Source: Bdellovibrionales bacterium (GTDB taxonomy: Bacteria; Bdellovibrionota; Bdellovibrionia; Bdellovibrionales; UBA1609). Taken from it: a stretch of 64,000 nucleotides of DNA. The DNA lies in assembly GCA_965205945.1 (NCBI GenBank), contig CBDBIB010000001.1, positions 544,001 through 608,000 on the forward strand, read 5' to 3'. This document shows positions 60,301 to 64,000 of this stretch, in pieces. The notes under the pieces were generated by a model. The model was not told the origin of the DNA and ran no database searches. It worked only from the letters and a program-made list of their open reading frames with translations. Position 1 is the first letter of the stretch; each line of letters opens with the position of its first letter. Position numbers and translations under genes: made by a program.

Positions 60301-61545
60301 AGCTCTTATTTGCCCTGTGCCTGTATTATTAGTCTCATCAACATCTACACCCAAATAACTTTTAGTCTCCGCAGTAGATACGATTAACCTTCCATCTGTT
60401 CCTGTATCTAGCATAGCTTTAAAAATTAGAGTCACGCTCTCCCCCGCTAAAAGAGGGCCTATATTCCAGCTTAATCCCACGCCTACAGGATCAGAATCAT
60501 TCCTACTCTGACCACCGGTAATACTTTCAAGCATATAAGTTAAACCATTTGGTATAACAGATGAAATAACTATCTCGGATGTTCCATTAGGCCCTCTGTT
60601 AGAAACATTTACCGTATAAGTAACGATATCACCTATGTTAGGCTCCATAACCGATGGACTAATTGTAACCTGAAGATCCATATCATCATTTACCGTTCCC
60701 CACTTACAGTTTAAGTAGTCAGCTAAATCTGAAAAGTTTGTCGCAGCAAAGTTAAGCATTCCAAACTCATATATATTAGCTTCCTGATAATTTATGTCAT
60801 TCCTATTTACCCACAGTTTTATCCTATCAATATTGAGTTCATTAACTATACTTCTTGAATCATGAAGCAATCCATCTATAAAAAATTTTGCTTCTTTAGT
60901 TGATGCATCATAAGTTAAATAAAAAGAGTGAGGTTTATTATCAAGAGATCGACCACAAAGACGATGTGCACTAGATCCATCTCTCACCAACCAAGAAAAT
61001 TGGTTTCTCTTAGGACAATCCCTTGAACTAGCTCCTCTTGTGGACAGGTCAAACTGCCAAGATCCAGCATCAGAACTATTGTCCCCTCCACTCATAAAAG
61101 CTCTGAAATCTTGATTAATTTGTGGATCTAGAAATGACTTAAATACAAAATAAACTGTAAAACTTTGATCACGTAACCCTGCACTATATTGAAGGGTATC
61201 ATCAACGCCATCCGCTCGTAAATAATTCTCCGCTAGCCCACCAGTGCTTCCGCTTTCAAAACGAGGTCTTGCGTCAGATGTTGGAGCAATTAACTCAGGC
61301 CCATTCTCTAAATTTTCAGCGTTTATCCATTTGTTAACATAATTTGAAAAATTACTACTTGTTGCATCATTACCATCCCCATCTATAATGGATTTTTTTA
61401 CATTTGCGTCTAAGTTTAAAATCACATCGCTTGAAGAGTAAATATCCGGGGTTAAACTATCACAAGATTGCGCAAGAGCAGTACCACTACTAACACTTAA
61501 TGCTAATAAAAATACCCCTATATATGTGTATCGAATAAGATCCAA
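39280..61545 (-). CDS. Giant (7421 aa) secreted adhesin-like protein with about 53 DUF11 Ig-like domains, an N-terminal LamG/lectin-like domain, an SdrD-B-like domain and a partial OmpA-like domain
   Basis: TTG start and Sec signal ..SGTALA-Q. Repeats of DL.I.K.V....P..G....YTI.V.N.GP..AT...I.D..P.GL.Y: 44 before and 9 after the IIGKVFHDRDGDGYQD..GIPGVRI..TDGFGRFH and ILFNVAKS..GFADFRG..N..LS..RA segments (manual count). Confidence 0.92.
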   Translation of the reverse strand: MDLIRYTYIGVFLLALSVSSGTALAQSCDSLTPDIYSSSDVILNLDANVKKSIIDGDGNDATSSNFSNYVNKWINAENLENGPELIAPTSDARPRFESGSTGGLAENYLRADGVDDTLQYSAGLRDQSFTVYFVFKSFLDPQINQDFRAFMSGGDNSSDAGSWQFDLSTRGASSRDCPKRNQFSWLVRDGSSAHRLCGRSLDNKPHSFYLTYDASTKEAKFFIDGLLHDSRSIVNELNIDRIKLWVNRNDINYQEANIYEFGMLNFAATNFSDLADYLNCKWGTVNDDMDLQVTISPSVMEPNIGDIVTYTVNVSNRGPNGTSEIVISSVIPNGLTYMLESITGGQSRNDSDPVGVGLSWNIGPLLAGESVTLIFKAMLDTGTDGRLIVSTAETKSYLGVDVDETNNTGTGQIRAQGIDLKVLKTANTVAPGLGQQVDYTITVSNLGTNSATGVELTDILDPRLTYVSSSAKGGVLVNDSNPGTGIIWTLGTINSNQVITLTFSAIPNVIATIPNSATITAVDQAESNVSNNTDSVDIIVAAADLKVQIQPSTTVVNEGDTVTLTISVENVSAQELTSAEIISVVPIGLNYVPSSALGEGVTPDDTDPGNNGIIFSIGTIEVGEVITMTYKVIVNPGAALNYGTRRIEGHLQASNPVDENLSNNASDTTITIVNFDASITKTVNPMIVIEGGTASYTLTVNNAQENTLNTILVRDIVPDGVTYVADSWESSIAGTTVDESSPATGLEFTIPQLRPVSEAPFNQAIITFDVTVDAGAASLRNIENRASIISLMENDTNTTNDTSVASITPITFDIGISQEVSESTLEEGEEVVVTLTLTNNNALVEGTNIIVNNIVPVGLTYVPDSIEGGDSNNDLTPLTGLNWTINSLPNASSTNLIFRATVDIGARAISETITNVAMIQSLDQIDSVIANNSVEQILTIAGLDLSIETSVNNTTPTEGEEITYTLRVRSLSTQDATGVEVTNLVPAGLTYVQGSIFGGDNQNVLGSGLTWTIDTIAGGVTTELTFRVKVDPGAKASEGDITNTSEITSLDQTDDQAANDRDSVVITIKGIDLELIKTVSNATPAEGEEITYTITVENLSTQVATDVVIGDVVPAGVTYVQDSIRGGTERNDLDPGTVTGGLTWTIGSIGAGVTSTLTFRSRVNAGAHALGVITNTAKVLSFNETEENPLNNNGSRNITAQEFDVAVTKRSSKTSVQEGETFTYTINVDNRSSVAVGTNIVIKDVVPAGLTYVQGSIGGVALVDESDPVTAGLEWRISSLAPNSDIDLTFQATVDLGAQAFYREIINSASRISSDQIDSDSLNDTGEVTVAVVGLDLSIETSVNNTTPTEGEEITYTLRVRNLSTQDATGVEVTNLVPAGLTYVQGSIFGGDNQNVLGSGLTWTIDTIAGGVTTELTFRVKVDPGAKASEGDITNTSEITSLDQTDDQAANDRDSVVITIKGIDLELIKTVSNATPAEGEEITYTITVENLSTQVATDVVIGDVVPAGVTYVQDSIRGGTERNDLDPGTVTGGLTWTIGSIGAGVTSTLTFRSRVNAGAHALGVITNTAKVLSFNETEENPLNNNGSRNITAQEFDVAVTKRSSKTSVQEGETFTYTINVDNRSSVAVGTNIVIKDVVPAGLTYVQGSIGGVALVDESDPVTAGLEWRISSLAPNSDIDLTFQATVDLGAQAFYREIINSASRISSDQIDSDSLNDTGEVTVAVVGLDLSIETSVNNTTPTEGEEITYTLRVRNLSTQDATGVEVTNLVPAGLTYVQGSIFGGDNQNVLGSGLTWTIDTIAGGVTTELTFRVKVDPGAKASEGDITNTSEITSLDQTDDQAANDRDSVVITIKGIDLELIKTVSNATPAEGEEITYTITVENLSTQVATDVVIGDVVPAGVTYVQDSIRGGTERNDLDPGTVTGGLTWTIGSIGAGVTSTLTFRSRVNAGAHALGVITNTAKVLSFNETEENPLNNNGSRNITAQEFDVAVTKRSSKTSVQEGETFTYTINVDNRSSVAVGTNIVIKDVVPAGLTYVQGSIGGVALVDESDPVTAGLEWRISSLAPNSDIDLTFQATVDLGAQAFYREIINSASRISSDQIDSDSLNDTGEVTVAVVGLDLSIETSVNNTTPTEGEEITYTLRVRNLSTQDATGVEVTNLVPAGLTYVQGSIFGGDNQNVLGSGLTWTIDTIAGGVTTELTFRVKVDPGAKASEGDITNTSEITSLDQTDDQAANDRDSVVITIKGIDLELIKTVSNATPAEGEEITYTITVENLSTQVATDVVIGDVVPAGVTYVQDSIRGGTERNDLDPGTVTGGLTWTIGSIGAGVTSTLTFRSRVNAGAHALGVITNTAKVLSFNETEENPLNNIDAANIEARIFDIGIVKTVSESNPEEGEVITYTITVTNNAIDTIGTGLEITDVVPEGVTYVQGSIRGGTERNDLDPYTITGGLTWNINSIASETDIILTFDAVVNARAKDNYGIITNTAQMTNVDQADSTPENDQGSVDITVRGIDLSIVKTVDNQSPEEGAKITYTIIVSNLSGQTATNIVVEDIVPDGVTYVLNSIKGGTQRNDENHDTTGLVWVFPTLSVGAVETLSFQATVDPRAKDDYGTITNTVNLKLSDQSEEDNTNNTDGAMITVSGLDLEVIKTVDNANPLERSEVIYKISVANLSQQEATNVVLKDLVPAGVTYVQNSIRGGTSRNDSTPTSGDGLTWTHASLLAGETKSVTFRAQVDAGSQATYGAIINSAEFSSADQSEDNVSNNISSALITIKAFDLSVLKTVSNFSPEEGEEIEYIITVTNKIDDEVGTGIVIGDIVPEGITYVDFSMRGGSLQDDTTPTLGDGLVWHINTLAGGDSVSLRFKARVDIGAKVNSGGTITNTARLINLNQVDSNQVNNEGLVDITVRGLDLEVLKVVNNPTPVEFETVTYTISVKNLSSQPATNVVLKDLVPAGITYRQGTIAGGDIQNDLTPDDITGLTWTINTLAPNQIVDVMFNAQVNAGAYNEYGTITNSAEFSSADQSEDNLGNNVGAVDIIVQALDIEIEKQISNTEPIEGQIVTYTLLVKNFSGATATNINITDIVPDGVTYVPGSIAGQALYNDINPDTTGLTWLIESLSGVGPENIASLTFQATVDVGARGLGSVINTGTITSLDQTDSNLDNDSDTADFLARGVDIVINKQVNESMPNETQVITYSLVVTNSGPADATNIVVRDILPPGLTYQVGTMIGGDLKNESDPTGAGLRWTINSLLSGESKTVTFNAQIDSGAGGMSITNTSDIFSIDQTEENLTNNTDSVTVTVTTDLDIQVAKTSNKSNYEEGEEVTYTITVTNHGPSRATGLVIKDIVPLDIIYTTASMLGGDAQIESSPYGTGLKWTINSLTSVGPLNSVDLTFKGVVGAGANLNTLITNSASYTSVDQTEINPVNNVGTRDINILNNLDISLTKAVSNTTPNIGEIVTYTIGVTNAGPTQASSVVINDIIPTGLFYMPRTDSGVDSVNSTDPSGTGVDFSIGKISSGQTKNITFDVMVLESSNLHNPITNTAQLSSSAQTDINDLNNSGNVDLNVNSDLDIQITKTVSNILPFELEEVVYTVNVKNNGPAAASDIKVVDLLDSNLSYIAGSMVGGDHQDDRTPGSGDGLKWTINQLLKGENLDLIFRAAPKEGTSGRAIVNTGNLLSSAQLDIDNSNDTSLVSIDVRNDADLEIIQAVTSTTPSETDTLTYTLTLRNNGPTTSRDVVVSNLVPTGLTYVENSISGGHIQNDLTPSTASGLEWTVHQILSGEVSILTYEVTVDSGFAGEVISTVSNITSFISTEVDFANNTSRIDVTVDNTLDLFIEKQVDKNNPLELETLTYTINVSNKSLKTRASNITITDIIPPGLTYVTGSINGGSTRLDADPAQAGLNWTIIQLGPLQTETLIFQVIVNAKTAGDVIVNTLTRVALDQVDTNTTPDDLSEAVTVQNVIDLQVIKTASSLQPALLSEMTYTITVENFGPSVGENIQITDIVPDFMDYVLGSMTGADDRNELDPAGTGLVWIINEIAIGATKTLTFKVISGLGAKNLSITNTVSYTHSYLDTQSNDTLSVTVNLESRSDVQISKVVDNSTPSIGEIFKYIITVTNNGPVTVESIQLNDLLPAGLTYISDNSLGTYDSVTGNWGVTSFLPVGASISLEISASPLPGTGGSIITNTVTNFILDVIDTNLTSDDYTEDIRVIEKIDVYIDGIVVNSNPEEGDFVTLTYNVTNNGPKVATNMTLQTIVPEGLTFIPGTMVGADNVNNIGATLTWDINTLAVGVTETISFQVSVDVGSGGSTLSTVLDITAIDQTEDTQVVDNNELSLIIKNEADIFFSKTANLNAVDEGDQVVFTIQVTNNGPAQAKNVEIYDILSTFFTLNSQVPTQGAYAGSKWSIGTLNMGQVETLILTVDVNPGASGQVIVNRLDNQSQDQIDLNIEADDLEETVVVGTNTDLQILVTIIDDPGADEILEENQVFTYQIEVVNNGPNRAENLSMDFFAPPQVDFINNGVVASAGTYFFPTWSIPAVNSGSSATLKIQSKVKTGIFNQVITAQVIGFTLDQFDSNKTPDDLTEVFTVDDKVDLHITKTVDVQAPQEGDEVTFTVRVENKGPANATGIQIQDIFPSTLLSLESYFSTKGIFDSNTMLWDISSLPVNDTAVLNLRSRVELEAGGIDIINTVQLNSFDQTDSNITPDDLSEVLSVGNNTNLEISKTVSNRTPNEGELITYTITVRNNGPSGATNFSLTDILPAGVTFISARANLGSFQDDVWSIRVIPNGFISTLEIETEVDYGQGGSVIRNEISSVTFDQNDSIGASNDILFADILVKHETDLFITKITDESIYSEGEMVRFTINVTNNGPALAENVSVQDQIPAGLTYLAHNESDGTAYSISNGVWTLGDIAVDESKTLTIDATANVGTKGQFITNTVSNITLDETDLNHSNDDLDETIQIVNELDLVVSIISDQVFLNEQDDVTFTVVVSNIGPARGTNVGVLIALPVLFNFESYNITGGSFDSNTRIWSIPTIDRNEFFTLEITAKALEGSGGQTATTQAQVLLVDQEELETSNDIDTTDVFINNNNNLILTKIVDNNTPREGEVVTFTLTVENQGPAQARNLEIIDAMPAGLTFASSAAATHGSYLVNKWIVGNLSMGETASIQILATVDKETNGQIITNIITNVLQSGTDIDPLGDDLEEVIVVDKQVDLMITKTVDDSNSFEGDLIEFTIQATNNGPIAIDNLVIDDTLPTGLTFSSASIPSHGTFVKPQWIIPRLNIGEIANLEISATVDAGTTNTRITNIISNYTMDQFDSTDTDDLEESVNIDNGTDLIVTKIVDNPTPYEQSLISYTITVYNNGPARATNVTIEDVIPAGLTLLSSTASQGIYTANLWSVGTLENAQTETLTLIVSIDIGQSGNTIVNQILTVDLDQIDLNPAGDDLEESITVENDLDLDINLSVDKTIIDEGEEFTYTIVVRNNGPNQASNFKIIDDWPSQLELISADSLNFIVSTRTWNIGDLASGETVALNIKARALKGTSGQIISNTISYTLDQIDSTVGDTLSADVTVNSDLDLVIFKTVNNARPNEDEEIIFTIIVENNGPARATNIFMKDILPAQLTFVSATAFSGNTFSYPDWVIPQLDAGDVVELSIVARVNSGTSGQTVINTISDITLDQTDINLSPDDLSEQIDIRNESDIYVTKNINTGVVYGESATAIFTITVENKGPLAVNGLEIDDDLDDRFILISSTASKGSFLEPVWSVGSLLVGEKATLNLEVRPNEDAQNTKIINKISRIESDKLDSNTTPDDLIAELNILGNSSVIIRIKTDKDVASMGDLLGVELEVESLVTDVFEPLKVVANLPQGLSYIKGTTKVLRAGDDGIFETEDDVFLDLDIETVKSLSTSEKLAVDGKELSFLMSTTGLEKYKIIFQTRVGSSIVGNGVSIGAFAEFENFKVTSEVRALIVIQKSVIFDITSIIGKVFHDRDGDGYQDESIVRGLKVYGGTSLENVRDTDSMIDRGNGFKKISGDVKKGYRLGALSGRSSRNDYSKTTYVKLKIPIKESIKKDLGVVTSEGTALLFKSDGRVIEELTGLRRKGMSSQDILVSHTIIEEEKEKFLLVTINNMGVDEEGIPGVRIYGVNGLAHETDGFGRFHIPDIEFKHNRGHNYILKVDPKTLPKNSTFTTENPRVIKLTGGLFTKFNFGVKIPILSEGKVFQSKKISESILFNVAKSNIRESEVNKVEKLTKELSNLPLDLNDGKVFVQGFADFRGLAEKNKILSMNRAKTIMNKIQDVTADLKFLVDVDNTAPHEQDIVKFVAQVKNKGLSSVSNLEINLPLPEQFKLHGRIKSSLGNYNGNRWFIKNLEGKSGAKLEFSAKVKVLTSNEEFMLPVAHYIYEGLQAQIGVKDIAAIGRIKNELDFNITTNLSHTEVDERENFNYVITGVNNGPAAATKLVVDLIQDKSINIQNISVSHGVVTKDQWIIGTLMSGEKAVAKINANSKVGSATKEMVVGVATVYAEQVDIDKTKDIETLSIQVRNNLDLVIASSFNVKAANEGDQIRFLVKAYNKGPIKATNVGVAISFDEEFKLLSTKATKGSFKDNIWSINFIDYGNSEEIVFVLTPKPRSGSSILKGMVYDVSLDQIDLELTKDIFEDEIQILNNTDIILTKTVSDTYPEEGDEVFITWRIINKGPAVAQDLVLEDIIDSSLIKLGDLKVSKGSASGAKWTILELLKGESAKMKVSVKILEGTGGSTILDPVEKFTHEQKDLLKNSIDTVKIRVASQTNIILVKEFSKSRADEGDKILTSTRIKNMGPAMANNIRIKDIIHSHLVKHKYVSVSKNTNLISNSWLIPTLKVHEKAELTWLSEITPGSGGFVIEDKIDEIKMREDFVIISKDSLSPKLRINNKTDLLTKISSNVKNVNLGEEFELSYFVSNQGPAMVKNLKLNPPLHRCLILVSSRSTVGDVRKKTLSVDKLGFKESLTMTLRVKPKYNCNKDELINAFGIIDMKQTEISDKGNTTTVSVKINKEVDYAVVISESKDTLEEGEEVEFIISQSNLGPAFVNKSELDFEISPSLELIKTNLTKGNVEDLTWTVKDIKYKDIETLKIRVKVKFKTSNTKAFIRIKRHKIDKDDLNKQIDIYSKEYVIENKSDINIEIKALKKKINVPYVTYKYTIRNNGPAVATNIKIKPLFDQNSLKSINRDIATDTDYSARGIWFIKEIFPKQVVDMIWTFELNNFTTPVKLAGYTDFSMNQVDSELTLDVQKSAIKVNNTAKVRVKKSVSRKDIYEGELFNYIIKIQNVGKQIASNIEIKDYIDKKYLIFTSAAKASQGDYSNGVWKLKKLRAGETARVVIPVKFIGDLQEDIKFFDPIDSFTMEQNSYYNLKKLKKFKYKVKNITRTLSGEYDGKNKEESR
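54441..58723. repeat. Near-identical tandem repeat, 1176-bp unit (392 aa, 3 DUF11 domains), about 3.6 copies
   Basis: The anchor CGGATTTTCTTCAGTCTCG starts at 54451, 55627, 56803 and 57979 (period 1176). Only a few SNPs were seen between copies. Confidence 0.97.
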
Positions 61546-61580
61546 ATATAACCTACTTTTTTACACTTTATTCAGTAGTT

Positions 61581-61608
61581 TTATCGGTTTTATATAAATA
61601 CAAATTCA
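61581..61608 (-). promoter_or_regulatory. Putative sigma28/FliA-type promoter of the giant adhesin operon
   Basis: Minus strand TGAA-N16-ACCGATAA, about 35 nt upstream of the TTG start. Confidence 0.55.
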
Positions 61609-61746
61609 TATTCTCTTTAGTTTTTATGACTAAAGATGGTACTTTTAAGACTTAAGTTTATAAAAATATTTTACTTTAAAACTAGCCTATTAGTTAGTTT
61701 TAAAAACTTTAAGTAATTCTGTACTTTAATACAACAAAAGACGCTT

Positions 61747-62310
61747 TTATTCAGACTTAATCTCAAACTGATACTTTTTAACGGTAAATTTTAAGAGCTT
61801 TTTACTAAAGAAAAAATATTGAATATCATCTCATCTGTGCTCAACCATACCTATAAATTCTCATTATTAGATATAATCTATACGAAAAAAATAAAATCAT
61901 CATTATCAACAACAAATAATTTTATATTCACTTTGTAATAATAAAATTATTAAATCCTTTTAATGCCAATTACATCAAATAATTCTTAAACAAAATTCTA
62001 TGAAAGTTTTTATTTAAAAAATAATTTTAATCTTAAAAAGATTCTTATAAGATAGATATAACCATAAATCATAATCTAACGCTTTACCCTCAAGCTTTAA
62101 AATTTAGTTCCACAGTTTGCTCAAATATTTGAAATACTCCTTATCATCAATATTATTACTACATGTAAGATAGAATTCTTTTCTCATTTAAAAACTAAGA
62201 AATAAAACGACATTCTTAAAGAGTTCACATCTTAAGCACTCCAAAAATAATTTAGTTTTTTTATCACTTGCGGCACCACATAAAAGGCAATTCTTCTTTT
62301 CTTCGTTCAT
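61747..62310 (-). pseudogene. Decayed class I SAM-dependent methyltransferase with an N-terminal CxxC..CxxC Zn-ribbon
   Basis: Fragments MNEEKKNCLLCG..ECLRCEL*, KEFYLTCSNNIDDKEYFKYLSKLW*, EGKALDY and FFFSKKLLKFTVKKYQFEI* appear in the expected order, broken by stops and frameshifts. Confidence 0.6.
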
Positions 62311-62347
62311 TTATTCACAGTAAGGTACTAAAATACGGGAGGTTAAT

Positions 62348-64000
62348 TTGGAAAGCCACAAATCAAGCTTGAACTGGATAATTGCAGCAGGTGTAGTTGG
62401 TGCAGATATTGGAACATCTGTTTTTTATGGAACAGGAATTTTATTTCCTATTGTTGGCTATCTTGCGCCCTTAATAATTCTTGCTGTTTGCCTTATGATG
62501 TGGGCTCTTAAAAAAACTTACGAAGAAGGCTTGGCACTTTCACCATATAATGGTGGAGCATATTCTATGATACTTCGTTCTTTAGGAAGACAAGCCGCCG
62601 TACTTGCTGGATCACTAACCGTTGTTTCATACCTTGCAACAGCGGCAGTAAGTTCATTATCAGGAGCTCATTATCTTTCTTCTATGTGGAAGCATGGACT
62701 ATCCAACTCAACAATAGTTTTACTCGCCTTTATTCCAATAGTTTTTTTCGCTTTACTAAACATCAAAGGAATTAAAGAACCTGCAAAACTTGTGACTATT
62801 ATTGCAACATTTCACTTTGCTCTTCTCATCTTAATATCTCTTTGGGGATTTGGGTTTTTAATTTGGAACTGGGGAGCTATTGATCTGTCAGGCTTTACAG
62901 AGTTTAAAACACCAAACAGCCACCTTTCTTTTAACCTTCTTATATATGGTTTTGCTGCAGGGTTTTTAGGGATTACAGGTTTTGAATCTGCTGCACAAAT
63001 CGTTGAAGAGCTTGAAGCACCTGCACTAGAGACCGTTAGAAAACTATATAAAACTGTTATAATTTTAGTTTCTCTAACAGCTCCCGCAATTTCTTTTCTC
63101 TGCTTAGCGCTTCTTACTCAAGATGAGGTTATGAAAAATACAGACGCTCTACTTTCAGTTTTAAGCAACAAGCTTGGCGGGCGCTTTTTATTAACTGTCA
63201 TTGTAATTGATGCCACCTTAACTTTATTTGCAGCAACCAACACTGCATTTGTAGGGTTTATTGGCTTAGCTACTACAATGGCAAAACAAGGAAATCTTCC
63301 AAAATTCATGCTTACACGAGTAGCCCATAAGTACCCTCAGCTTCAAGGCTACCCTCTTATTGCAGTGCCCTTTATGATTATTGCGCTTATGATGTGTGCC
63401 CTTGTTGCTGGAGAAGTTGGAATTTTAGCAAAGGTTTATGAAATCGCCTTCCTTGGAGTTATGGTGAGTTTTTGTGTAGGTGTTGTTCTTTTAAGAAACA
63501 GACCTTTAAGAAAAGACACTCCAAATAATTTTTTAAGCTCTTGGCTTTTTGTAACAAAAAAAAACAGTATCCCTGTTATCCCTCTTCTTTCAGGGTGTGT
63601 TCTTCTTTTTGCTCAGCTCACCTTATTCCTACACTCAAACGGTGAAGAAAGGTCTATGCTAATCCAACTCTTAGCTATGATACTTTTAGTTATGGCCTTT
63701 TATCGCTGGGGAATCTTAGAAAATAGACTTGAAACAAGATCTGATTTAAGGCTTGGGACTGGTAAGTTTGCTAAAAAAACTGACCTTCCTGAAGATCTTA
63801 AAAAATATATCCTCTGTACAGGTGGAACTGGAGCCAGAAGACTTATAAATGCCTCTATCAAACATATTCACAACAGCACACTTAAAGTATCCGAACCTTT
63901 TGAGCTTGTTATTTTCCATGCTGAAAACGGCCAAGACCCTGAAGGATATTTTTATGAACTCTTACAACGAGTTGTTTCCCAACAGATTGTCCCAATTTAT
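62348..64000 (+). CDS. APC-family permease (amino acid or cation transporter), 3' end runs off the window; absent from the ORF track
   Basis: TTG start after GGGAGG. MESHKSSLNWIIAAGVVGADIGTSVFYGTG, SPYNGGAY and GITGFESAAQIVEEL; many TM helices and a soluble C-terminal region. Confidence 0.9.
   Translation, partial: MESHKSSLNWIIAAGVVGADIGTSVFYGTGILFPIVGYLAPLIILAVCLMMWALKKTYEEGLALSPYNGGAYSMILRSLGRQAAVLAGSLTVVSYLATAAVSSLSGAHYLSSMWKHGLSNSTIVLLAFIPIVFFALLNIKGIKEPAKLVTIIATFHFALLILISLWGFGFLIWNWGAIDLSGFTEFKTPNSHLSFNLLIYGFAAGFLGITGFESAAQIVEELEAPALETVRKLYKTVIILVSLTAPAISFLCLALLTQDEVMKNTDALLSVLSNKLGGRFLLTVIVIDATLTLFAATNTAFVGFIGLATTMAKQGNLPKFMLTRVAHKYPQLQGYPLIAVPFMIIALMMCALVAGEVGILAKVYEIAFLGVMVSFCVGVVLLRNRPLRKDTPNNFLSSWLFVTKKNSIPVIPLLSGCVLLFAQLTLFLHSNGEERSMLIQLLAMILLVMAFYRWGILENRLETRSDLRLGTGKFAKKTDLPEDLKKYILCTGGTGARRLINASIKHIHNSTLKVSEPFELVIFHAENGQDPEGYFYELLQRVVSQQIVPIY

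Noticed and set aside
35242..62340. Integrative element or prophage at tRNA-Arg
   Set aside because: No integrase, transposase or phage genes, and I found no duplicated tRNA 3' end (att) in the window.
3901..63934. About 30 short (60-99 aa) ORFs in the track, such as 3901-4086, 6161-6415, 28791-29090, 44642-44875, 58988-59260, 63118-63309 and 63746-63934
   Set aside because: All lie antisense or out of frame within well-supported long genes and show no recognisable motifs; treated as shadow ORFs.

Overview
A low-GC, AT-rich bacterial chromosome segment, probably Bdellovibrionota (inferred from gene content and the style of AhcY and the HTH remnant; not verified). The left third is metabolic and housekeeping: a REC-GGDEF diguanylate cyclase truncated by the window edge, leuS, speA and a CPA1 antiporter. 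It then carries a nitrogen module (Amt, RsbW-like kinase, STAS, membrane PP2C phosphatase, animal-type ankyrin glutaminase, GSIII), an SDR-LLM-ALDH catabolic operon, orn, ahcY and EVE-dusC. The middle (23.8-35.2 kb) holds the best candidate for an undescribed system, a motor-like operon with no flagellar genes nearby. It encodes a 1594-aa Fn3/IPT/GLUG surface lipoprotein, a PEGA/TPR lipoprotein, MotA, MotB, a membrane protein that looks like a FliF ring domain fused to FliG-like domains, and a small outer-membrane beta-barrel, with divergent TlpA and lytic transglycosylase genes. After tRNA-Arg(UCU) come a 1229-aa outer-membrane protein and a 7421-aa protein with about 53 DUF11 domains, a near-perfect 1176-bp tandem repeat and an interrupted OmpA-like domain. 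A decayed methyltransferase pseudogene and an APC permease (truncated by the window edge) follow. Four sigma28/FliA-like promoter motifs precede the cyclase, the motor operon, the surface lipoprotein and the giant adhesin. All family calls come from reading motifs by eye, not from database searches.
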